A DNA stretch of 20,000 bases from an uncultured virus (IMG/VR IMGVR_UViG_3300030108_000125). Lineage: Duplodnaviria; Heunggongvirae; Uroviricota; Caudoviricetes. The stretch is from positions 47,529 to 67,528 of IMG/VR virus record IMGVR_UViG_3300030108_000125; one strand, 5' to 3'. The translations under genes were made by a program, and so were the position numbers. Shown here in pieces: positions 9,017 through 16,468 of this stretch (position 1 is its first letter; every line of letters begins with the position of its first letter). The notes under the pieces are model-generated. The model worked only from the letters and a program-made list of their open reading frames with translations. It did no database searches and was not told the origin of the DNA.

Positions 9017-9339
9017 TTTTTCTTCGCCATACCCGTAAACGTTTCTCTTGGTAAAGCATAATCCTTCATTATTCTCCGAACCTCTGGCTCAGAAATATTT
9101 AAAGCAATAGAAATATTGCACACATCCATACCATTACGTGCCAGTCGATCAAGTTTTCTTCCAAAATTAGTAAGGGGACGATCCTTTGGCAAAACAGAAG
9201 AAAACTTCTTTTTCTTCTCATCCTCTTTTAATCTTAATCTAGGATCAATCGCCGCATCTCTTTTACGTTGTGCGTCCCATGCCTTCCGATACAAATCTTC
9301 GTATTCGATGCGTTTTGCCTCTTTTAAACAAGCGTCCAT
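9013..9339 (-). CDS. Basic hypothetical protein with a possible C-terminal helix-turn-helix
   Basis: 108 aa, coupled at both ends. LARNGMDVCNISIALNISEPEVRRIMKDY fits an HTH pattern. Confidence 0.7.
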   Translation of the reverse strand: MDACLKEAKRIEYEDLYRKAWDAQRKRDAAIDPRLRLKEDEKKKKFSSVLPKDRPLTNFGRKLDRLARNGMDVCNISIALNISEPEVRRIMKDYALPRETFTGMAKKK

Positions 9340-9797
9340 TATGGTTTTACTTTCATGTATTTGCTGACTGCGCGGTTCCCAAACCAGAACGACATAATAG
9401 CAGCAAACAATCCTGCCGTTGCGTCATCCCATATTAAACTAAGAGCGCGGCCCAAGTCGTGTCCGACATTAAGCAAAGCTAATAACGCTGTTACTTTAAT
9501 GGCAACGAAAAGGCCAAAAAAACAATAAGTAATGACAGGGCGGACAGAACCTCGAAGTGCGTTAATAAAACCTCCCGCATCAATTGAATCATGCCTATAC
9601 AGCCCCTCTGTTTCTTTTATGTCAGCCTCTTTGTCCATAATGCTAAGTTTTAATTCAGCACGTTTGGACATCAGGTCCATTTCAAGCTGTGCTCTTTCAA
9701 GCTCGTGTTTATGTTCTTGGTTTGCTTTAAAATAGTTAAGGACTTCGGGTAAGAAAGAAGTACCGAAGCCAAGCAAACTACCTAATAGTGTAATCAT
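9339..9797 (-). CDS. Putative holin (resembles the 3-TM GTA-type holin family)
   Basis: Hydrophobic N-terminus, a coiled coil, RGSVRPVITYCFFGLFVAIKV (TM) and GLFAAIMSFWFGNRA (TM), with a basic tail. AAGGA RBS upstream. Lies near the endolysin. Confidence 0.7.
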   Translation of the reverse strand: MITLLGSLLGFGTSFLPEVLNYFKANQEHKHELERAQLEMDLMSKRAELKLSIMDKEADIKETEGLYRHDSIDAGGFINALRGSVRPVITYCFFGLFVAIKVTALLALLNVGHDLGRALSLIWDDATAGLFAAIMSFWFGNRAVSKYMKVKP

Positions 9798-9809
9798 TTC
9801 TTTTTCCTT

Positions 9810-10031
9810 TTAGTCCCAGAACTTGGTTTCTTTCGGGAAGAACTTTGGTTCGCAGTGCGCTTTGATTTTGCTGCTGCGGTAGTAGTTGTTTTTGTAGGTG
9901 TAGATGTGGCCTGTTTTTTCAACTTCTCTTGCAAAGTAGGCACATCTATGGATGTCTCTGAACGCCGCCACGCCCCCAATGTCCAACTCTTTATTGTCGA
10001 TATACACGACCAACAAAAATCCAAGAACCAT
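9810..10031 (-). CDS. Small protein with hydrophobic N-terminus and two Cys (73 aa)
   Basis: MVLGFLLVVYID...FRDIHRCAYFA...AHCEPK has the same architecture as 8819..9016. Confidence 0.72.
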   Translation of the reverse strand: MVLGFLLVVYIDNKELDIGGVAAFRDIHRCAYFAREVEKTGHIYTYKNNYYRSSKIKAHCEPKFFPKETKFWD

Positions 10032-10032
10032 T

Positions 10033-10233
10033 TCATTTTTCTGAACCTAGCCAGACTGCTATCGTCCCTGTCATAGCCCCGCTAACCACTGAAATCATAG
10101 CAGATTGCTGTGTTGACAAGTCATCAAGGCTCATCCCCCAATTTATAACTTTGATGTACATAATCGTCATCACAAGCATCATTAGTCGGGGCATCAATTT
10201 ATATTGGAGTATTTTTTCAAAAGTGTTTGTCAC
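10033..10233 (-). CDS. Small two-TM membrane protein (66 aa)
   Basis: Hydrophobic segments LMPRLMMLVMTIMYIKVINW and AMISVVSGAMTGTIAVWL. Tightly packed in the operon. Confidence 0.75.
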   Translation of the reverse strand: MTNTFEKILQYKLMPRLMMLVMTIMYIKVINWGMSLDDLSTQQSAMISVVSGAMTGTIAVWLGSEK

Positions 10234-10234
10234 A

Positions 10235-10471
10235 TTACACCTCTATATCGACACTAGAACCCTGTGGTTGTTCTATAGCCTTTCTTTCGCCTAACCTATC
10301 ATAACTATGGGCTAAAGCAACCTGTTGCTGTTCTACGGCTTTTTGCTGCTTATGGACGCGCTGGTGCTCACGTTGAATATTTTGTTGTGCTTGTTGGCTC
10401 TCAATACTACGTTGAGTTTTTTGAACCTCTGATAACACAGAAAACTCAGACTTTCCTACCATACTAACCAT
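10235..10471 (-). CDS. Gln-rich hypothetical protein (78 aa)
   Basis: Fills the gap between neighbours with an 8-nt overlap upstream. Coiled-coil-like Q-rich core ending YDRLGE...GSSVDIEV. Confidence 0.7.
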   Translation of the reverse strand: MVSMVGKSEFSVLSEVQKTQRSIESQQAQQNIQREHQRVHKQQKAVEQQQVALAHSYDRLGERKAIEQPQGSSVDIEV

Positions 10472-10940
10472 TTGCTGTCCTCATCAACCAAACAAAGACA
10501 AATAACCCTCCAACCAAAACCAAAAATAAAACAATACCTGCTACCCACTCAGTAATAGCTTGTTTTATTTCCATACGTCTAAATTCATGCTCTCGTTTTT
10601 TCTTGCGTATTTCAGCCTCTATTCGTAGAAACTCTTGCCAGTGAGACGGACCAAGGATTGCTGGGTGCGATATTATTTCACGTAACTCATCGCGCATTTG
10701 TTTTGCCTTTTTGCGAGCTAAAAAAACTTCCATAGCTTGCGCTTGTACACCGCCCCCGAGAGCTTTGTACCAAGGCGGTCTTTCAATCATCTTTTCTGCT
10801 TGGTCGATGTCAGCCATGCAGCCAGCCCACTGCTGTAACTGTTGGCCCATGTCTTGAAGGTCACGTCCAACTTGAACGCCCTTTTTCATAAAGTTAAAAG
10901 CTGCGGTAGCGCCCGCTATAGCGGTCATAGGGTCTATCAT
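10464..10940 (-). CDS. Hypothetical membrane-anchored coiled-coil protein (158 aa)
   Basis: MIDPMTAIAGATAAF N-terminus, helical core, and C-terminal TM WVAGIVLFLVLVGGLFVFVWLM. Confidence 0.82.
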   Translation of the reverse strand: MIDPMTAIAGATAAFNFMKKGVQVGRDLQDMGQQLQQWAGCMADIDQAEKMIERPPWYKALGGGVQAQAMEVFLARKKAKQMRDELREIISHPAILGPSHWQEFLRIEAEIRKKKREHEFRRMEIKQAITEWVAGIVLFLVLVGGLFVFVWLMRTANG

Positions 10941-10949
10941 AGATCATGC

Positions 10950-11183
10950 CTACCGTTCCATTAAACGATCTATTTTTTCTTCTAGCCTGTCAAACCTATC
11001 CATAACACGATCCATAACCGTATTATTTTCTACTTTACTAACATACTCTTTTGCTAATTCTTCACGTGTTTTATTAAGTAAAATACGGACGCGCCCAAGT
11101 TCGTCGTGTTGGCTTTTTAACCACCAACCTAGACCACCTATTGCGGCGGTCAGTCCCACGTTTATGAGCGCGTCCATTTCCAT
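10950..11183 (-). CDS. Small N-terminal TM plus coiled-coil protein (77 aa)
   Basis: LINVGLTAAIGGLGWWL followed by RFDRLEEKIDRL. TAATG coupling at 11183. Confidence 0.8.
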   Translation of the reverse strand: MEMDALINVGLTAAIGGLGWWLKSQHDELGRVRILLNKTREELAKEYVSKVENNTVMDRVMDRFDRLEEKIDRLMER

Positions 11184-11407
11184 TATTCTGCTGCTATATC
11201 CTCTGGTGGTTCTTCTAAAGTCTTTGTCAACATTTCCATAAAGGCTTGCTTGCCTACCTGTAATTGGTCAAGGTTAAACTGCGTAGAACTGATCTTACGA
11301 TCTAAATCAGTAATGTGGTTAATCATTACCTTCTGTTGATCTGTTAGTTGGTCTTCAGTATATTCTTTGTCGTTAATCGTGATGGATTTTGTTTGTTTCT
11401 CAGCCAT
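11183..11407 (-). CDS. Small hypothetical protein (74 aa)
   Basis: Strong RBS (AAGGAG) upstream. ITINDKEYTEDQLTDQQK followed by a coiled coil. Confidence 0.85.
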   Translation of the reverse strand: MAEKQTKSITINDKEYTEDQLTDQQKVMINHITDLDRKISSTQFNLDQLQVGKQAFMEMLTKTLEEPPEDIAAE

Positions 11408-11430
11408 CGTGATCTCCTTCTAGGTTAAAA

Positions 11431-11745
11431 TTAAGCGGCCCAAGGTCGTCCGCTCATGGTGGGTGGGTTTTTAAGATTATCTATGCCTTTCTTTAGATTT
11501 GCTTCCGTCACGTCTTTGTCTACCTGCGCTTGCACCCAAGCAATGCAGTTAGCTTCTGTAACACTCTCGTAAGCAGTGAAGTTACTGTCTGATGGATCAG
11601 GTGTGTGGCTAGTCGTGCCATAGCTGCTTACAGAGTGATCGCCATCTTTTGCGACGCATCGCCAGTGCAGCCTTTGTATACCTTTGCTTCCACTTGCGGT
11701 TTCATATTCGGTATTACTTACTGTCCATGTGTATTCGATTGCCAT
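11431..11745 (-). CDS. Hypothetical tail-fibre-associated protein (104 aa)
   Basis: Starts 2 nt after the fibre stop. YTWTV...LHWRC...FTAYESVTEANCIAWV...GRPW is a pattern I recall downstream of S74 fibres in marine phages. Confidence 0.82.
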   Translation of the reverse strand: MAIEYTWTVSNTEYETASGSKGIQRLHWRCVAKDGDHSVSSYGTTSHTPDPSDSNFTAYESVTEANCIAWVQAQVDKDVTEANLKKGIDNLKNPPTMSGRPWAA

Positions 11746-11747
11746 TT

Positions 11748-14677
11748 TTATGCTCCTTCTAATGCGGCTATACGAGCTTCTAATGCTTCATTCTTAGCTA
11801 TAGATTCTTTAAGTGCAGCAGTAAGTAAAGGTATGACATCTGTGTAAGATAGATACAATTTGTCCGTTACACCTGTTTTATCTTCTACATTAGGATCATT
11901 TTCTATTACGCTAACCGCCTCTGGTAAAACAGCTTTGACATCTTGAGCAATTAAAAATGGATGTAAAACTTTTTGTGAGTCATCATTATAATGACCCATT
12001 TTTGTTCTGAGTGTTTTTACTTTATCTATGGCATTTTCAATATCACCAGTTAAAGTTTTTAATCTTTCATCAGACGCAGAAGTCCAACTTGTTGCGGCGT
12101 CGCTTAAATTGACCCCTCCTGATGATCCTGCACGAATACGAAACCCTCCATTGGGAGAGGAGATATAGTTTAAGCCAGAGCGAGTATAAGCCAGTTCATT
12201 ACCTGTACCTGAGGCACAAATGGCCCCTACACTTCCACCAATTCTAAATTGACCTGCATTAGTTGCAGAACCTGTTTGAGTGTTAGCAGGATATGAACTT
12301 GGGTCAGTATCATTAATACCAACTGCACCGCCGCTGTCGACGCGCATACGTTCCGTATTATTAGTAGCAAAAACCACTGGTTTTTCACCACGATTACCAA
12401 TTTCAAGGGCATTTAAACCAAAACCTTCAATTCGCGCCGAATAAGCAGACCCAGACCAACCAGTAAAATTACCTGCAGTATAAATATATAGATTTTCAGA
12501 AGAACTTGTTGTACGTGTGACTTGTATTCCATTTATCCCTGCCCCATTTGAGGCTGGAGCAGCAGCATTGTCACCTAGAACAGTAAGTCGTGAGGGTGGG
12601 TCGTTATCTGCGATCCCCACGTTGCCAGAGCTATCTATTCTTGCATACTCACTTGAACCATCTGCATTGTCGAACGTGTATGTTCCACCACGCATAACAA
12701 AGTCTTCTTTAGCATACAGCCTTAGATCGTCTTCAGCCTGAATTGTCATGTCGTCTGTGCTATGATCAAATTCTATTGATCCTGCTTTTCGAGCATCCGC
12801 AGAGCCACTGTTATCTGCAAAATATATCCTACTTGTTCCTGACGTGCCTGTTCGTATTGCAATACCAGCAGATGATACACTGCTTGAACCAATAACAAGA
12901 CCTGCACCAGAACCTGTAATGTCAGTATAAGTAAAGTCACCACCAGTTCCGATTCCCACGTCACCCGTTGACCTTATGCGCATACGTTCCGTTGGAGAAT
13001 CTGAGCCATCAGCAGTAGTCGAAAATACTAACCTTCCTGGCATGTCAGTAGCATCATCTGCTGGCGTACCATCTACCTGTGCTTCAATCCTTGCAGCTTG
13101 TTCAAAATCAGTTCCATCACTTCCATAGAAAGCAATAGCACCCAGTTGATCGTTATCATTAACAACAGTGTGAGAACCTTTAGTTGTATTTCTACTATGT
13201 CCTAAAGATATATTTGCTCCGTCTGATCCATTTCTGTAGGTAGCAAAAGATGCAAGACTGAAATTAGTGTCTGAAACTTGTAACTCATGGCTTTCAGCAT
13301 TAAAATTAACACTAGAAGAATGTCCAATAAGTAATTCTCCGTTGCTGTCGAGGCGCATACGCTCAGACGAACCAGTAGCAAAACGAATGTCTTCTGCCCG
13401 AAAGCCCATTGGTTTCAAGGCTGAACCAGCAGAATTAGTTGTTTGAAATGCTAGATTACCACTTCCAACTTCACTAATTGCATCGTTGATTGTTAGCTTC
13501 GCATCCGTGCCAGACGTTACACTAACATCACCGCCAAACGTAGCACCTGCGTTAAACGTAGCAGCCCCAGCCTCAGACATATCAAGGGTCAAGGCAGTTA
13601 CGGTTCCACCACCATCATTACCTTTAAATATTAAATCTTTATCTGAAACAGCACTAAATAAAACAACATTTTGACTATCTTGACTAAATGTAAAAAGTGT
13701 TGTTGCATTATCTTTAAAACGCCAGTTACCACCATCAGCATCAAGAATAATGTCATTACCAGAATCAATATAAAGATCAGAATCATTTTCTATATTCAAG
13801 TCACCAGTGGTATTTTTTACAAAACTATGACTACCATTATGATATAATTTTAAATCACTACCTGCACCTAGAGCTAGCTCACCTGAATCTGGCAATTTAA
13901 CATCATGGTTAAACGTAGCTGTCCCTGCATCACTCATATCAAGTGTAAGAGCAGTTACATTAGCTCCACCATCATTGCCTCGAAATACCATGTCTCCATC
14001 TTGGACAATAGAGTACAGTTGAAAGTCATTAGTATCTCTTCTTAATAGACCATAAAAAGTGCCACCATCATGAAGTTGAATTCTTCCATTATCTTCAGCA
14101 TCAAGAATAATATCGTCAGCTACATCAATTGTCAGATCACCACTAGCTGTTTTATTTGTGAGAGCATCCGCAGCGACGCCAAAACTTCCTATTTGTACAC
14201 GTTCAGTTCCACCAGTGGTAAAACCTATCGTATCACTTGCTGATTTAAACATGCCTGTGTTTGTGTCGCCACTAAAAGTAAAGCTAGGTGTTGAACTCCC
14301 ACCAGTGCTTGCTGTGACGGTGCCTGTAGAGACTAATGCTCCAGCAATAGTAGTAATAGAATTTGTACCATTACCAATAGTTACATCTATTTCATCCTCT
14401 GCATTACCATCGGTTATTATAAGACCGTTTTGCATCTCCCCATCATGGGAAGCAATTTGAAGTCTTAGTTTACCACCTTCAGCACCGTCAGAAGCATCTG
14501 CAACCTCTGCACGAATTAATGCAAATTTAGTCTGTTCTTGGGCATCATTATCAGCAAAAAACTCTATTGTACCAATATCATCATCATCAGCGCCAGCAGC
14601 ACCTTTGTCTTTTACAAAACGAAGCCTCGCAGCATTAGCGTCATTAGTTGTGTCTTTGATAATTATTAAGGGGTCTT
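11748..14677 (-). CDS. Tail fibre, C-terminal part, with peptidase S74-type intramolecular chaperone
   Basis: Repeated ERMRxDSxGxVGI modules. C-terminus SDERLK...LIAQDVKAVLPEAV...LSYTDVIPLLTAALKE...LEARIAALE (about 11751-12074). The 5' end abuts an N gap, so the track's 14696 start is not real. Confidence 0.88.
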
Positions 14678-14687
14678 NNNNNNNNNN
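14678..14687. other. Assembly gap (10 N)
   Basis: Run of 10 N; the reading frame changes across it. Confidence 0.99.
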
Positions 14688-16464
14688 TTGTAACATCTAG
14701 ATTAGTCGTACCGTCTACGTCTATATCGCCAGAGATATCTAACTCTGTGCCAATTAGTTTTTGTGTTAATGTCACTACACCATCAGACGCAATAGCTATA
14801 GCATCAGTATCACTAGCTGAACCAATAGTACCACCATCTTTAATTACTAGATCATCTGCAATAGTAAGCAGACCTGCAGAGCTTAGTGTCATCTTAGCAG
14901 TAGCACTAGCAGCAGCAGTTTCAGATGCACCAGTGGTAAAAACTAATTTAGTAGAGTTAACACTAGAGGTAAACTCTGCTTCTGCTATGGCATGAATACC
15001 TGCAGCCACAGTAGCGGCATCTGTTCCACTGTCATCCCCTGCAGCAAACTCAATAGAACCAATAACTTCATTTGCAGTGATTTCGTTTTCTTCAGATTTA
15101 AGTTGTAATACTGTAGGTGTATTATCTCCTGTATTAGTATTAGTAACTGTCAAACCTGTATCGTGCACATGAGTAATTGTAATCTCATCGTTTGCACCAA
15201 AAGCTATTGTAGCACCGTCATGCTGTAACTCTAAGTCTTGAGTAAGTGTAACATCACCGTCAGAACCTATAGCTATAGCATCAGTATCACTAGCTGAACC
15301 TATATTACCTGCATCAGGTATGACTATGTTACCACCCGTAGTCATAAGACCACCACCAGTGTATGTACCACTTACGTCTAGGTTAGCGTTAACATCTACA
15401 AGTGTAGCATTAAGTTCTATTTCATCTGTTGCATCAATGTCAAGTGTTGTTGCATTAGGAGCACCTATCTTTTGACTTGCATCGTTAAACTGAATAACAC
15501 TAGTGCTATTAAGAAGTAACCCTGTATCAGCTACGTGTGTAAGTGTGACATCATTATCTGCACCAAAGTTAAGCACTGCTGCATCATGTTTTAAGTGCAA
15601 GTCATTAGTTAAATTAACATCCTGATTTGCATCTACGGTCATGGCAGTGCTACCACCTGTAGCTACAGTAATAACATCAGAACCGCTAAACGTAATACTT
15701 GTGTTTGTATCTCCATCTCCTGCAATACTATCAAGCTGAACTGCACCTACGTTACTTAGTGCCGCATCTCCAAAGTCTACTGCACCAGCTACTGTAAGTG
15801 TGCCTGATACCTCTACATTTGCATTTANNNNNNNNNNTGTAGCACTAGGGGCGTTAATAAACTGAGAGGCATCATTGAACTGCAACGCCATTGTGCTATT
15901 AAGAAGTAAACCTGTATCTGCAACATGCGTTAGTGTAACATCGCTGTCAGCACCAAACGAAAGGACAGAGCTATCTGATATAAGTCTGAGGTCATCTCCT
16001 ACTGATAAGTCAGCAGCTACACCTGCGCCACCTGCTACAGTTAAAGCACCTGTAGTAGCACTAGAGCTTGCCGTAGTAGCTGTTACCGCAACGACACCAC
16101 CGCTTGATATAGTTATAGCGTTTGTATCACTAGCAGAACCAATGGAACCTGCATCATCAATTACAATAGTTCCTGTTGTAAGTGCACCGTCAAAAAAAGC
16201 ATCTTTAAATAATAGAGAAGAAGTACCTAAGTCTAATGTATTAGTTGTTTTAGGAGTAACTGTTGTAGCGCTAACAACGAAGTCTTGCGCTGGGCCTAAT
16301 ACAGTAACAGGCCCACCCTCTGCAGATGTGCCATCGTGTGTGTGTCCACTGGTAGAGAAAGCTGTTACAATTGCATCAAACTCTCCATCAAAGTCTGCTG
16401 CGTTAATAACGTTACCATCAGCAATGTTATTGTCTGTATCGTTTCTTGTGTAACCTGTTCCCAT
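14688..16464 (-). CDS. Tail fibre, N-terminal part (virion-anchoring domain plus repeats)
   Basis: MGTGYTRND...FDGEFDAIVTAFSTSGHTHDG starts 4 nt after the nozzle-like gene. Gly/Thr/Asp-rich repeats. Contains the N gap 15828-15837 and ends at the N gap 14678-14687. Confidence 0.85.
15828..15837. other. Assembly gap (10 N)
   Basis: Run of 10 N inside a repeated tail-fibre module. Confidence 0.99.
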
Positions 16465-16468
16465 TGTA

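Noticed and set aside
2065..12964. Short alternative-frame minus ORFs 2065-2247, 6763-7044, 12227-12412 and 12773-12964
   Set aside because: Nested out of frame in long genes, with no coupling or motif support.
11748..14677. Diversity-generating retroelement or invertible shufflon acting on the fibre
   Set aside because: No reverse transcriptase or recombinase in the window. I saw no adenine-specific TR/VR pair and no inverted cassettes; the repeats are direct and intragenic.
14644..14696. Apparent frameshift or two overlapping tail-fibre genes
   Set aside because: The frame change falls in a 10-N placeholder gap. It is not evidence of programmed frameshifting or a pseudogene.
4413..14995. 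Remaining plus-strand ORFs in the track (e.g. 6108-6542, 5639-5980, 8672-8995, 14158-14460)
   Set aside because: All lie opposite well-supported, coupled minus-strand genes.
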